Assembly: GCA_902595845.1 (NCBI GenBank)
Contig: CACJRN010000001.1
Location: 134,326 to 198,325 of the forward strand
Reading direction: 5' to 3'
Length of the DNA: 64,000 bases
DNA from: an uncultured Gammaproteobacteria bacterium
Lineage (GTDB): Bacteria; Pseudomonadota; Gammaproteobacteria; Steroidobacterales; UBA11654
The notes under the pieces are model-generated. The model did no database searches, was not told where the DNA came from, and saw only the letters and a list, made by a program, of their open reading frames with translations. Shown here piece after piece: positions 9,872 through 21,060 of the stretch. Each line of letters starts with the position of its first letter. Position 1 is the first letter of the stretch. The position numbers and the translations under genes were made by a program.

Positions 9872-10513
9872 ATGAGATTAATTTTGATGGGAGCTCCCGG
9901 TTCTGGGAAGGGGACTCAGGCAGAAAAGCTCATGGATGACTTTGGTTGCCGCCAAATATCGACAGGTGTGTTACTTAGACAAGCCATAGAATCTGGTTCT
10001 GAACTTGGCAAAAAGGTGCAAAAGATCATGTCTGAGGGTTTGCTTGTTTCTGACGATATAGTTTTGGATTTAATCAATAATGAGTTATCAGAAATAGGTG
10101 AGAGTGGATTCCTTCTAGATGGGTATCCAAGAAACATCAATCAAGCAAAATCATTGAATGATCTACTTAAAAATATAGATAAACCATTGGATTACAGCAT
10201 ATTGATTGATGTACCGAGTGAAATTTTAATTAAAAGACTGTCTGGAAGAAGGACATGCTCATTAACAGGCAAGACTTTGAATATTTATTTTTCCTCAGAA
10301 AATGAAATAGATGAATGCCTTTCTAAAGGCGGTGAATTGCTCCAGCGAGAGGATGATAACGAGGAATCAATTACGAAAAGAATTGAAGTATACGAAGAGC
10401 AGACAGAGCCGATGGTTGATTTTTATAGATCAACAGGGCTTCTTCATACAATTGATGGTCAAGGTTCTGTTGATGATGTTTATATTAGATTAAAAAAACT
10501 GATGGAATTATGA
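9872..10513 (+). CDS. adk: Adenylate kinase
   Basis: MRLILMGAPGSGKGTQ P-loop and LLDGYPR. I use the ATG at 9872, preceded by AAAAGAGGA, rather than the GTG at 9845 in the ORF track. Confidence 0.95.
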   Translation: MRLILMGAPGSGKGTQAEKLMDDFGCRQISTGVLLRQAIESGSELGKKVQKIMSEGLLVSDDIVLDLINNELSEIGESGFLLDGYPRNINQAKSLNDLLKNIDKPLDYSILIDVPSEILIKRLSGRRTCSLTGKTLNIYFSSENEIDECLSKGGELLQREDDNEESITKRIEVYEEQTEPMVDFYRSTGLLHTIDGQGSVDDVYIRLKKLMEL

Positions 10514-10521
10514 AAAACCAT

Positions 10522-11595
10522 CTAATTAAGTAAATTTTCTAGATCTTTCAACAACAATTCTCTTCTCCATCCTTTACTCAACTTCCCAGCTCTATTCGCA
10601 ATAAAATTTTGCATATCTTTTTTGGATCCAAGCACTTCTTTACTGATTTGAAGCTCAATTGATCTTGATTCAAGATAATTGCTCACCGCTGACATATCAT
10701 CGTCTTTGATTCTTTTTCCTTTATTTAAACGACCTGATGATGGAGTGTTTTCTTCTGATAATTCTAAGAAATGATTTAGTTCGATTATTTCTTCTTTTCT
10801 CAGTCTATTGCTAGAAATGAGATCACGCATAGCCTCTGGTGAAAGGTTCTCCTTCTTTGCAATAGAAATAATTTCATGGTCATCAATCAGCCATTTACGT
10901 GGGACATCTTTCTCAGAAGCTTTCTCTTCTCTCCATTTTGAAACTAAGATAGCCGTTCGTAATTGGGTATTTTTCAATTTTTTGATGCCTTTTGTTTTTT
11001 TCCATATTTCAGATGTATCCATCAGTCCTATTCTTTTATTGATTAGGTCTTCACATTCTTCCTTAACCCATTTATGTCTATCCAGTTTAATGAGCTTATC
11101 TTTAATTGAATTCGCAAGCTCAATCAGATCTTCAACATCATCAAAAGCATATTCTAGCTGTGCTTTAGCCAATGGGCGTTTACTCCAATCGCTTCTTGTT
11201 TGAGACTTTTCAATTTTTACATTCAGTTCTTCTTCTAAAAGTTCCTTAAACCCAACTTGTGATGAATGACCTATGAATGCAGCCGCAATCTGAGTGTCGA
11301 AGATATTTTCTGGAATACCGTCATTCATTAGGAAGAATATTTCAAGATCTTGAGAGCAAGAGTGCATAATCTTTTCGATTTTCTTATCAAAGATCAGCCT
11401 CCATAACCCGTCAAGATCAATTTCACATAAACAATCAATACAAGCTATCAGAGATGGAGTTGCAATTTGCACCAAGCATAATTTTGGATAGTAGGAATTT
11501 ACTCTGGTGAATTCTGTATCGACAGCAATACACTCCTCGTTTTTAATATCATTAAGGAAGTGATCTAGGCTTTCTTGTTCTTCTATTAGGTACAA
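10522..11595 (-). CDS. rnd: Ribonuclease D
   Basis: 357 aa with DEDD 3'-5' exonuclease motifs (IAVDTEF, HSCSQDLE, YAFDDV) followed by an HRDC-like region. Confidence 0.85.
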   Translation of the reverse strand: MYLIEEQESLDHFLNDIKNEECIAVDTEFTRVNSYYPKLCLVQIATPSLIACIDCLCEIDLDGLWRLIFDKKIEKIMHSCSQDLEIFFLMNDGIPENIFDTQIAAAFIGHSSQVGFKELLEEELNVKIEKSQTRSDWSKRPLAKAQLEYAFDDVEDLIELANSIKDKLIKLDRHKWVKEECEDLINKRIGLMDTSEIWKKTKGIKKLKNTQLRTAILVSKWREEKASEKDVPRKWLIDDHEIISIAKKENLSPEAMRDLISSNRLRKEEIIELNHFLELSEENTPSSGRLNKGKRIKDDDMSAVSNYLESRSIELQISKEVLGSKKDMQNFIANRAGKLSKGWRRELLLKDLENLLN

Positions 11596-11659
11596 AATTA
11601 TTCTTGGTATTTTGTTAAAACGTTATTCTAAAGACAAAATTATAATAGAATTGTTTGTC

Positions 11660-12211
11660 ATGATTCAGTTATTAAAAGTTCTTTGGAATATTCTCTTGAG
11701 AAAATCCGATCAATTGGCATTACCAAACTCAATGTTTCTATTGTTTGTCGTCTTTTTATTGTACTTCCTTAGTCAGTCAATTTCTGGATTTACCGTATCA
11801 GAAACTCCGCTTGTTTTTGTTCGTTCATTTTTTGTAGATGTAGTTTTGATGATTGTATTTCTGAGAATCTTAACTCAGATATTTAGCACACAAGATGATT
11901 TCACTCGAACTTTAATTGCTTTATTTGGTTCAGGCGCGCTATTTAATGTCATCGCGAGTCCTTTGATCATAAGATTTGCTGATATTCTAAGTAAGAGTGA
12001 TCCGATTGATTCAGCTGACCTTCCTCTTTGGCTTCCCTTGTTATTTTTTATGATAGCCATCTGGTCAATCATGGTAATGGGTCATATTTTTTCAAGATCA
12101 ATGATAAAAGACGCTTCAAGCTCTTCTTCGCCACCAATTTCAGGTGTTGCAATTGCGCTTCTCTACATGATGATTAATTTTTTGGTCCATTCTTCGTTTT
12201 TAGGCGAATGA
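11660..12211 (+). CDS. Hypothetical polytopic inner-membrane protein
   Basis: About 5 hydrophobic helices and no recognisable motif. I prefer the ATG at 11660 over the upstream TTG at 11612. Confidence 0.5.
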   Translation: MIQLLKVLWNILLRKSDQLALPNSMFLLFVVFLLYFLSQSISGFTVSETPLVFVRSFFVDVVLMIVFLRILTQIFSTQDDFTRTLIALFGSGALFNVIASPLIIRFADILSKSDPIDSADLPLWLPLLFFMIAIWSIMVMGHIFSRSMIKDASSSSSPPISGVAIALLYMMINFLVHSSFLGE

Positions 12212-12220
12212 TTTAGAGCG

Positions 12221-13561
12221 ATGCATATTCATATATTAGGTATTTGCGGAACGTTCATGGGCAGTCTTGCTGTTCTTGCAAAAGAATCAGGACACCATGT
12301 AACCGGTTCAGACATCAATTGTTACCCACCAATCAGTGATCAGTTGGATGAAATGGGTATTGATGTGATTCCCAATTATGATGTCGATCAACTTAAATTA
12401 TCTCCTGATTTGATTGTGATTGGCAATGTCATGACAAGAGATATGGAGATCATAGAGTATATTCTTAACCATGGCTTAATATATACTTCAGGACCAGAAT
12501 GGTTAGGTAAAAATATTCTTGCTAATAGAAGGGTTATCTCAGTTGCTGGCACGCATGGCAAGACCACAACCTCTAGCATTATTGCATCTGCGCTAGAAGA
12601 GTTGGGTGAAGATCCTGGCTATCTCATAGGAGGTGTTCCAATAAATTTTGAGGCATCCGCATCACTGGGAAGCTCACCATATTTTGTGATCGAGGCAGAC
12701 GAGTATGACACCGCTTTTTTTGATAAAAGATCAAAGTTTATCCACTATCCAACTGAAACATTTATAATCAATAATCTTGAATTTGATCATGCTGATATTT
12801 TCAAAGATTTAGACCAAATCAAATGGCACTTTCACCAGTTAATCAGGTCTTTGCCTTCAAAGACAGAAGTGAGAGTGCCTATTAATGATGACAATATTTC
12901 AGATTTATTGGATATGGGCAATTGGTCTTCCACTAAATCATTTGGTATGAGCGATGAAGCTGACTATTCAATCATTTCAAATAATGAGAATCTTCATATA
13001 AAAGAAGGCGATGTATTGCATGGAAATCTTAGTCCCAAATTATTTGGCAAGCACAACTTAATGAATATTATTTCAGCTTTCTCAGCATTGCGATCAATAG
13101 GTTTTGAAGGCGATAAAATCCTTGATGCAATCAATCAATTTAATGGAGTAAAGAGAAGGCTCCAGCAACTTGATCAATTTATAAGTCACAATGTATTCGA
13201 TGATTTTGCACATCATCCAACCGCAATCAAATATGGTATCAATGCAATCAAAGAAAGATTCCCTGATCAGAAGTTATGTGTGCTGGCAGAATTGGCTTCG
13301 AATACAATGAGGAAAGGAACATTGAAAGATGAAGTAGTGAATTCTTTTTCTGAAGCTGATTATGCATTTATTAGTGCCAGTGATGATTTTGAATGGGATA
13401 TTGAGATTGAATTTGGATCTCATGAAGGAGTTCATGTAGTGAAATCCGATCAAGATTTGATCAATAAATTAGCATCAATCGATACTGATGGGCTTAATTT
13501 TCTAATAATGACCAATAAAAGTTCCCTTCCTTTTATCAATGCTCTGGAAAGCAGGATCTAA
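12221..13561 (+). CDS. mpl: UDP-N-acetylmuramate:L-alanyl-gamma-D-glutamyl-meso-DAP ligase (murein peptide ligase)
   Basis: 446 aa. Has the MHIHILGICGTFMGSLA N-terminus characteristic of Mpl and the Mur ligase ATP site GTHGKTTT. Confidence 0.9.
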   Translation: MHIHILGICGTFMGSLAVLAKESGHHVTGSDINCYPPISDQLDEMGIDVIPNYDVDQLKLSPDLIVIGNVMTRDMEIIEYILNHGLIYTSGPEWLGKNILANRRVISVAGTHGKTTTSSIIASALEELGEDPGYLIGGVPINFEASASLGSSPYFVIEADEYDTAFFDKRSKFIHYPTETFIINNLEFDHADIFKDLDQIKWHFHQLIRSLPSKTEVRVPINDDNISDLLDMGNWSSTKSFGMSDEADYSIISNNENLHIKEGDVLHGNLSPKLFGKHNLMNIISAFSALRSIGFEGDKILDAINQFNGVKRRLQQLDQFISHNVFDDFAHHPTAIKYGINAIKERFPDQKLCVLAELASNTMRKGTLKDEVVNSFSEADYAFISASDDFEWDIEIEFGSHEGVHVVKSDQDLINKLASIDTDGLNFLIMTNKSSLPFINALESRI

Positions 13562-13564
13562 ATC

Positions 13565-14158
13565 ATGAGCAATAGAGAAGATTTGCCAATATTTCCCTTA
13601 AGAACAATCTTGTTCCCCGATTCAAAGCTGCCACTAAGAATTTTTGAACCAAGGTATATTGATATGGTCAGTAGATGTATGCGAGAAGATAGTGAGTTTG
13701 GAATCATTCTTAGTCGAGAAAGCACAGATCCAAAAATGTTTGAAACTTATGATACCGGAACACTTGCGAAAATAATTGATTGGGATCAAGGTGAGGACGG
13801 ACTGTTGGGAATCACCACGATTGGAACACAAAAATACAGACTAAAAGGACTAAATAAACAAGAGGATGGACTAAATATTGGGACAATAGAGCGTATAGAT
13901 AGAGAAGGGGATTACAAGCCCACCAAAGAATTCACGCACTTGGTAGAATTGCTCCAAGCAATCTTAGATGATGTAAATATTTACGGCGATGATGAGAAAA
14001 ATTTTGAAAGCGCAGCATGGATCAGTTACCGATTTGCAGAAATATTACCACTTAGGATTGAAGACAAGCAAAAGTGTCTAGAAATTGATGACCCAATAAT
14101 CAGGCTTAATTTTCTCGAGCCTCTGATTAAGATGATTAGAGAGTCATCACAACAATAA
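13565..14158 (+). CDS. LON substrate-binding (Lon N-terminal) domain protein
   Basis: 197 aa. LPIFPLRTILFPDSKLPLRIFEPRY is the canonical start of the Lon N-terminal domain. No ATPase or protease domain. Confidence 0.8.
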   Translation: MSNREDLPIFPLRTILFPDSKLPLRIFEPRYIDMVSRCMREDSEFGIILSRESTDPKMFETYDTGTLAKIIDWDQGEDGLLGITTIGTQKYRLKGLNKQEDGLNIGTIERIDREGDYKPTKEFTHLVELLQAILDDVNIYGDDEKNFESAAWISYRFAEILPLRIEDKQKCLEIDDPIIRLNFLEPLIKMIRESSQQ

Positions 14159-14159
14159 A

Positions 14160-15482
14160 TCAGTATCTGTAATGATCAGGCTTATATGGTCCTGATTCCT
14201 TAACACCAATATATTCAGCTTGTTCAGTAGTCAATTTGGTCAGCTTAGCTCCTATCTTATCGAGATGAAGTTTTGCAACCTTTTCATCTAATGATTTCGG
14301 CAGAACATAAACTTGGTTCTCATAATTTGAGCTGTTTTTAAATAGCTCTATTTGTGCAAGAGTTTGGTTGCAGAATGAGTTAGACATCACAAAACTAGGG
14401 TGACCAGTCCCACAACCTAAATTTACCAAACGTCCTTCAGCGAGAAGAATGATTCTTTTGCCATCAGGGAAAACAATGTGATCAACTTGCGGTTTGATAT
14501 TGATCCACTCATGATCCTTCATAGAATCAACATTGATCTCATTATCAAAATGACCAATATTACAGACGATTGCTTGATCCTTCATCTGCTCTAAGTGATG
14601 TTTATCGATAACATTATAATTTCCAGTGGCAGTCACAAAAATGTCTGCTTGAGAACATGCATCATCCATTGTCACAACTCGATATCCTTCCATCGCAGCT
14701 TGAAGTGCACATATTGGGTCGATTTCTGTTATCCAAACTGTAGCGCCAAGGCCTCTAAGGCTCTGCGCTGAGCCTTTTCCAACGTCCCCGTATCCAGCAA
14801 CGACAGCAATTTTTCCAGCCACCATGACATCGGTTGCTCTCTTAATCCCATCTACAAGTGATTCGCGACATCCATAGAGATTGTCAAATTTTGATTTTGT
14901 CACCGAGTCATTGACATTGATTGCAGGACACATGAGTGTTCCATCTTTCTCCATGTTGTATAGACGCAATACCCCAGTTGTTGTCTCTTCTGAGACACCG
15001 ATGATGTCTTTCATCAGCTCAGGATATTTTTCATGCATGAGGCCCGTTAAATCTCCTCCGTCATCAAGTATAAGATTTGGCGTCCAACCGTCTGGACCAT
15101 TGATTGTCTTTTCTACGCACCACCAGTATTCTTCTTCGCTCTCATCCTTCCATGCAAATATTGGAATGCCTTTGGCTGCTAGAGCAGCTGCAGCATGATC
15201 TTGAGTTGAGAAGATATTACAAGAAGACCACCTGATATCAGCACCGAGTTCAATCAATGTTTCAATGAGTACTGCTGTTTGAATCGTCATATGAAGACAG
15301 CCTGCAATTCTTGCTCCTTTCAGAGGCTTTTCCTTTCCGAATTCTTCTCTGATGCTCATCAAGCCTGGCATTTCTGTTTCTGCAATTTTGATTTCCTTCT
15401 CTCCCCATTCAGCCAGAGAGATATCAGCGACTTTGTAATCGTTCATCAAATCTATTTTATTTTCTTTTGCTGTTTCTGCCAT
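14160..15482 (-). CDS. ahcY: Adenosylhomocysteinase
   Basis: 440 aa. Motifs [35 protein letters not shown] and the PDHYRY C-terminus. Confidence 0.95.
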   Translation of the reverse strand: MAETAKENKIDLMNDYKVADISLAEWGEKEIKIAETEMPGLMSIREEFGKEKPLKGARIAGCLHMTIQTAVLIETLIELGADIRWSSCNIFSTQDHAAAALAAKGIPIFAWKDESEEEYWWCVEKTINGPDGWTPNLILDDGGDLTGLMHEKYPELMKDIIGVSEETTTGVLRLYNMEKDGTLMCPAINVNDSVTKSKFDNLYGCRESLVDGIKRATDVMVAGKIAVVAGYGDVGKGSAQSLRGLGATVWITEIDPICALQAAMEGYRVVTMDDACSQADIFVTATGNYNVIDKHHLEQMKDQAIVCNIGHFDNEINVDSMKDHEWINIKPQVDHIVFPDGKRIILLAEGRLVNLGCGTGHPSFVMSNSFCNQTLAQIELFKNSSNYENQVYVLPKSLDEKVAKLHLDKIGAKLTKLTTEQAEYIGVKESGPYKPDHYRY

Positions 15483-15529
15483 GTCAGTTTCCTTTAATAT
15501 TAAACAGTTAAATCATCATTCGGCTTGAA

Positions 15530-16693
15530 TTACAAGCCAGATTGCTCCTTTAGTGCATCGGATCGATCGGTTTTTTCCCAGGGGAATGCTTCATCCTCTC
15601 TGCCAAAATGACCATATGCTGCTGACTTCTCATAGATTGGTTGGAGCAGGTCCAACATGTTCATGATTCCATAAGGAGTTAAATCGAAATTTTCATTTAC
15701 CAAATGCACAATTTCTTCTTCTGAAATCTTTTCAGTACCAAAAGTCTTTATTCTTACTGAGGTTGGTTTTGCAACACCAATGGCATATGAGACTTGAATT
15801 TCACATCGGTCTGCCAACCCTGCAGCAACGACATTTTTAGCCACATATCTTGCTGCATATGCTGCAGATCGATCGACCTTTGATGGATCTTTTCCAGAGA
15901 ATGCGCCGCCCCCATGTCTCGCCATACCGCCATATGTATCAACGATGATTTTTCTTCCAGTCAAGCCACAATCTCCGACTGGCCCACCGATTATGAAGTT
16001 TCCAGTGGGATTAATGAGATATTGCGTTGAATCAGTTAACAAGCCCTCAGGGAGTATTGGTTTAATGATATGTTCCATGACACCTTCATGAATATCATTC
16101 ATTGAAACATCTTCATCGTGTTGAGTGGATAGAACAACTGTATCGATTGATTTGGGCTTTCCATCTTCAAAAAGAATGGTTACTTGACTCTTTGCATCGG
16201 GTCTCAGCCAACTGAGCTCACCGCTCCTTCTGACATCTGCATGCCTCTTGACCAGTTGATGAGATAGCTGAATTGTTGCTGGCATCAGTTCTTTTGTTTC
16301 ATTGGTTGCATATCCAAACATGAGACCTTGATCTCCAGCACCTTGTTCTTTTTTGTCAGCTCGGTCAACGCCCATTGCAATATCCGGAGATTGTTTGCTG
16401 ATTGCAGATAAGACTTCACAAGATTGATCATCAAAGCCAAGTTCTTCTCTGTCATAGCCGATTCTTTTGATGGTTCGTCGGGCAATGGCTTCATAATCAA
16501 CATTGGCACTTGTTGTGATCTCACCAGCAAGGACAACCAGCCCCGTCTTTACAAGAGTTTCAACGGCAACTCTACAGCCTTTATCTTGCTCAAGAATTGC
16601 ATCTAAGATCGCATCTGAAATTTGATCAGCCATTTTGTCAGGATGACCCTCTCCAACAGACTCAGATGTCATTAAATATGTTTGATTTGTCAT
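15530..16693 (-). CDS. metK: S-adenosylmethionine synthase
   Basis: 387 aa. Motifs [40 protein letters not shown]. Confidence 0.97.
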   Translation of the reverse strand: MTNQTYLMTSESVGEGHPDKMADQISDAILDAILEQDKGCRVAVETLVKTGLVVLAGEITTSANVDYEAIARRTIKRIGYDREELGFDDQSCEVLSAISKQSPDIAMGVDRADKKEQGAGDQGLMFGYATNETKELMPATIQLSHQLVKRHADVRRSGELSWLRPDAKSQVTILFEDGKPKSIDTVVLSTQHDEDVSMNDIHEGVMEHIIKPILPEGLLTDSTQYLINPTGNFIIGGPVGDCGLTGRKIIVDTYGGMARHGGGAFSGKDPSKVDRSAAYAARYVAKNVVAAGLADRCEIQVSYAIGVAKPTSVRIKTFGTEKISEEEIVHLVNENFDLTPYGIMNMLDLLQPIYEKSAAYGHFGREDEAFPWEKTDRSDALKEQSGL

Positions 16694-16885
16694 ATTTTTT
16701 TCTCCGTTATCGGCGCGATTATATATCTATATTATTGTTTTTTATATAATCAATGAAAATTTGTTGCCAGCCGATCATTAGTCATAGACAATAATGAATG
16801 TTTCATTAACTTAGAAGTCTAAAATATTCATATCAATCCCGTTATTAGTATTGAAAAGAAAAAATTAGCAGATTGCATTAGAGTT

Positions 16886-18844
16886 TTGTCAGCGGATGCT
16901 GTGCAAGAGGCAAATTCTGGGCATCCTGGGATGCCGATGGGAATGGCAGACATCGCTGAAGTGCTTTGGAATGATCACATGAAGCACAATCCTTCAAATC
17001 CTAAATGGGTAGACCGCGATCGATTTGTGCTCTCCAATGGCCATGGCTCGATGCTTTTATATTCCTTATTGCACTTAACGGGTTATCCACTGAGCATTGA
17101 GGACATAAAGAAATTCAGACAATTTGGATCTCACACTGCTGGACATCCTGAGCTTGACCTTGAGCTAGGAATTGAAACCACGACTGGACCCCTTGGACAG
17201 GGTATTACAAATGCTGTTGGCATGGCGCTCGCTGAGAGTATTCTGGCATCAAAATTCAACAAAGGTGATCACTCAATTGTGGATCACTTCACATATGTTT
17301 TTCTTGGTGACGGGTGTCTTATGGAAGGTATTTCACATGAAGCATGTTCACTTGCAGGCACTTTGAATCTGGGAAAGTTAATTTGCATCTATGATGACAA
17401 TGGGATTTCAATTGATGGTGAAGTAGATGATTGGTTTGATGAAGATGTTTGTACAAGATTCAAGTCATATGGATGGCATGTCATTGAGGGTGTAGATGGC
17501 CATGATGCTGATGCCATTTCAAAAGCAATCACAGAGGCAAAAGCATCCGATAAGCCATCCTTGATTGATTGCAAAACAGTCATTGGATTTGGTTCACCCA
17601 ACAAAGCTGGAACAGCTGATACGCATGGTGCCCCCCTCGGTGATGAAGAAATTGCCAATGTGAGAGAATCACTGGGATGGGAGCATGATCGGTTTGAGAT
17701 TCCAAGTGAGATTAAGAATGCGTGGGATTGTAAGAAAAAAGGACAATCAGCAGAAAACGACTGGAAAGAGAGATTTGAACAATACAAATCTGAGAACCCG
17801 GAACTGGCAGATGAATTCTTGGCAAGCATGGAAGGAAATGTCAGTAATGACATGGCTCATCTTGATGCATTGATTGATGAATTAAGAGAAGATGCGAATG
17901 TGGTTGCCACACGAAAATCATCACTTTTTGTTCTGAATGCTTTGAAGGAAGATCAATCAAATATGATCGGTGGTTCTGCTGATCTAACAGGCTCGGTTTG
18001 TACATATCATGATGCTTCAAAACCAATCACGAAAGATGACCATGACGGAAATTACATATTTTACGGCGTAAGAGAATTTGGAATGTCTGCAATCATGAAT
18101 GGAATAGCCCTTCATGGAGGATTGATTCCTTATGCCGGAACATTTCTGACATTCAGTGATTACTCAAGAAATGCGATTCGTATGGCAGCGATGATGGAAC
18201 TAGGGGTCATACATGTTCTGACCCATGATTCGATTGGGCTTGGAGAAGATGGTCCAACGCATCAACCCATAGAACATGTCCCAAGCCTCAGGCTGATTCC
18301 TGGGCTGGATGTATGGAGACCATGTGACACACTTGAGACGGCAGTTGCTTGGAAGATAGCCACTCAAAAAAGAAAGACCCCGTCTGCATTGATTTTAACC
18401 AGACAGTCTTTGCCTCAGCATAATCGATCAAAAGAAATGACAGATAACATCCAGAAAGGAGGTTATATTTTAATAGGGAGCGAAGATTCACAGCCTGATG
18501 CAATCATCATCGCAACAGGATCAGAGGTCCAATATGCAGTTAATGCATCCAACACACTTCAATCAGAAGGGTATTCCATTAGAGTTGTATCCATGCCATG
18601 TGTTGAGATATTTGAACAACAATCAGATGAATATAAAGAATTTGTGGTCCCGCATGATCATGAGAAAATTATGGTGATTGAGGCTTCAATGGCAAGTGCG
18701 TGGACAGGATATGCAGGACGAAAAGGAGTTGTGGTTGGCATGGAGAGCTTTGGCGCATCTGCACCAGCACCTGAATTATTCAAACACTTTGGTTTTTCAG
18801 ACGAAAATGTGATCGAAAAACTAAAGGCAATGATTAACAGATAA
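16886..18844 (+). CDS. tkt: Transketolase (5' end uncertain, see findings)
   Basis: SGHPGMPMGMADIAEVLW, DRDRFVLSNGHGSMLLYSLLHLTGY, GPLGQG and THDSIGLGEDGPTHQP. Homology continues about 10 codons upstream of the only canonical start (TTG 16886). Confidence 0.93.
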   Translation: MSADAVQEANSGHPGMPMGMADIAEVLWNDHMKHNPSNPKWVDRDRFVLSNGHGSMLLYSLLHLTGYPLSIEDIKKFRQFGSHTAGHPELDLELGIETTTGPLGQGITNAVGMALAESILASKFNKGDHSIVDHFTYVFLGDGCLMEGISHEACSLAGTLNLGKLICIYDDNGISIDGEVDDWFDEDVCTRFKSYGWHVIEGVDGHDADAISKAITEAKASDKPSLIDCKTVIGFGSPNKAGTADTHGAPLGDEEIANVRESLGWEHDRFEIPSEIKNAWDCKKKGQSAENDWKERFEQYKSENPELADEFLASMEGNVSNDMAHLDALIDELREDANVVATRKSSLFVLNALKEDQSNMIGGSADLTGSVCTYHDASKPITKDDHDGNYIFYGVREFGMSAIMNGIALHGGLIPYAGTFLTFSDYSRNAIRMAAMMELGVIHVLTHDSIGLGEDGPTHQPIEHVPSLRLIPGLDVWRPCDTLETAVAWKIATQKRKTPSALILTRQSLPQHNRSKEMTDNIQKGGYILIGSEDSQPDAIIIATGSEVQYAVNASNTLQSEGYSIRVVSMPCVEIFEQQSDEYKEFVVPHDHEKIMVIEASMASAWTGYAGRKGVVVGMESFGASAPAPELFKHFGFSDENVIEKLKAMINR

Positions 18845-18862
18845 AAAGGAAAGGAGACTGTA

Positions 18863-19876
18863 ATGACAGTAAAGATAGCAATCAATGGATACGGAAGAAT
18901 TGGTAGAAATGTGATGAGAGCACTTTATGAAAGTGGCCGCACCGATGAATTACAAGTTCTTGCGATCAATGATTTGGGTGATGCCAACAGCAATGCCCAT
19001 TTAACAAAATATGATACTGCTCATGGCCAATTTCCATATTCTGTAGAAGCTCGAGATGACGCACTCACTGTCAATGGCGATGAGATTAAAGTTTTTGCTG
19101 AGAGAGATCCTGAACAATTGCCTTGGGGCGAGCTTGGTGTCGATGTTGTGCTTGAGTGTACTGGCTTTTTTGCAAAAAAAGAGCTGGCAAGCAAACACAT
19201 CAAAGCTGGAGCAAAAAAAGTTGTGATCTCTGCACCCGCTGGCACTGACATCGATGCAACAATTGTATATGGAGTCAACCATGACACCCTTTCAAAAGAC
19301 GATGCAGTGATTTCGAACGCATCTTGCACAACCAATTGTCTTGCTCCACTTGTAAAACCCATACATGAGAGCATTGGGCTCGAGAGCGGGATTATGACAA
19401 CCATCCATGCATACACAAATGATCAAGTTTTGACCGATGTCATGCATAGCGATCTCAGAAGAGCCAGGTCTGCTACGCAATCAATGATTCCGACCAAAAC
19501 AGGTGCAGCTGCTGCAGTTGGCCTTGTCTTGCCTGAACTGGATGGGAAGCTAGATGGCTTTTCAGTGAGAGTGCCGACGATCAATGTTTCATTGGTTGAT
19601 CTCAGCTTTATCGCTTCCAGAGAAACTTCGGTCGATGAGATCAATGAGGTGATCAAGGCGGCATCAGAGGGTGCTTTAAAAGGCGTGCTTGATTACAGCG
19701 ATGGACCATTGGTATCAATCGATTTCAATCATAACCCTGCATCTTCCACATATGATGCAACCATGACAAAAGTACAAGAGGGAACTTTGGTGAAAGTATG
19801 CTCTTGGTATGACAATGAATGGGGTTTTTCAAATCGCATGCTCGATACAACACTCGCATTGGTCAACGCTGAGTAA
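18863..19876 (+). CDS. Glyceraldehyde-3-phosphate / erythrose-4-phosphate dehydrogenase (Gap/Epd family)
   Basis: 337 aa. [10 protein letters not shown], catalytic [22 protein letters not shown]. Its position between tkt and pgk matches E. coli epd, but I cannot call the substrate from sequence. Confidence 0.9.
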   Translation: MTVKIAINGYGRIGRNVMRALYESGRTDELQVLAINDLGDANSNAHLTKYDTAHGQFPYSVEARDDALTVNGDEIKVFAERDPEQLPWGELGVDVVLECTGFFAKKELASKHIKAGAKKVVISAPAGTDIDATIVYGVNHDTLSKDDAVISNASCTTNCLAPLVKPIHESIGLESGIMTTIHAYTNDQVLTDVMHSDLRRARSATQSMIPTKTGAAAAVGLVLPELDGKLDGFSVRVPTINVSLVDLSFIASRETSVDEINEVIKAASEGALKGVLDYSDGPLVSIDFNHNPASSTYDATMTKVQEGTLVKVCSWYDNEWGFSNRMLDTTLALVNAE

Positions 19877-19887
19877 TTTAAAAACTG

Positions 19888-21060
19888 ATGCAAATACCAA
19901 GCATGGAAACATTGGATTTGCAGGGCAAGAGGACCATGATCCGATTGGATCTCAATGTGCCAATCAAAGACGGGTTAGTGACCAGTGATGCCAGAATCAT
20001 GGCTTCTCTTTCAACCATTCAAATGGCACTTGATAAGGGCGCAAAAGTCATCTTACTCTCACATCTGGGAAGACCAGATCCTGATCATTTAGATGGCAGT
20101 TTTTCTCTTGAGCCGGTCGCAAATAGGTTAAAAGAGATCTTGAATAAAAATATTTCTTTTCAAACCGATTGGCTTGAGGGAATCAATGATGAATCTGATG
20201 AGATCATACTCTGTGAGAATGTTCGTTATCAGGCGGGTGAAAAAAAGAATGATGAGACCCTGTCTCAGAACATTGCCAATCTATGTGATGTTTATGTCAT
20301 GGATGCATTCGGAGCTTCACATAGGAAACATTCAAGCACATATGGCGTGCTTCAATATGCGAAAGAGGGATGCATAGGTCCGCTTTTATCAAATGAAGTG
20401 AGCTCAATAAAAAAAGCGATTGATAGACCAACTGCACCTGTGACAGCGATTATTGGTGGTGCAAAGGTCTCTTCAAAGTTGGGTGTGATTGAGAGGTTCT
20501 CAAGTTTTTGTGATCACGTTATTGTAGGAGGTGGCATTGCGAACACATTCCTTCTTGCAAGTGGGAAGCAGGTTGGTGCGTCATTGGTTGAACCAGAAAT
20601 GGTCGATGCAGCGAATAAAATCCTTCAAATGGAGAATGTGAACGTTCCTCTTCCTATTGATGTCAGAGTGGCAAAAGAATTCTCAGCTGATGCAGAGGCT
20701 ACCATCAAGTCAATTGATGAAGTTAGTGAGGACGATCTGATTTTAGACATAGGACCTGAGACCACCGAATCATATTGCAATATCATCAATGAGACCAAAA
20801 CAACCATTTGGAACGGACCTTTGGGTGTATTTGAATTCAGCTCTTTCGCAGAAGGAACAAGAGCACTCGGACACGCTGTTTCTTCAAATCAAGGTTTCAC
20901 CATTGTTGGAGGGGGTGATACTGTTGCTGTGGTTGAAGAATTGGGGATTGCTGATTCAATGAGTTATATTTCAACCGGTGGAGGGGCATTTCTAGACTTT
21001 GTTCAGAATGGTACGCTTCCAATACTAGATTTACTTGAAAAGAAGAGGGGCGATTCATGA
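19888..21060 (+). CDS. pgk: Phosphoglycerate kinase
   Basis: 390 aa. RLDLNVP, SHLGRP, NVRYQAGEKKND, GGGDT...STGGGA. Confidence 0.95.
   Translation: MQIPSMETLDLQGKRTMIRLDLNVPIKDGLVTSDARIMASLSTIQMALDKGAKVILLSHLGRPDPDHLDGSFSLEPVANRLKEILNKNISFQTDWLEGINDESDEIILCENVRYQAGEKKNDETLSQNIANLCDVYVMDAFGASHRKHSSTYGVLQYAKEGCIGPLLSNEVSSIKKAIDRPTAPVTAIIGGAKVSSKLGVIERFSSFCDHVIVGGGIANTFLLASGKQVGASLVEPEMVDAANKILQMENVNVPLPIDVRVAKEFSADAEATIKSIDEVSEDDLILDIGPETTESYCNIINETKTTIWNGPLGVFEFSSFAEGTRALGHAVSSNQGFTIVGGGDTVAVVEELGIADSMSYISTGGGAFLDFVQNGTLPILDLLEKKRGDS

Noticed and set aside
16694-16885. A possible SAM-responsive riboswitch in the metK leader (minus strand).
   Set aside because: I could not identify SAM-I, SAM-II, SAM-V or SAM/SAH consensus elements by eye. 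Only a trivial CCG-ATAA-CGG hairpin sits near the SD. A covariance-model scan would be needed.
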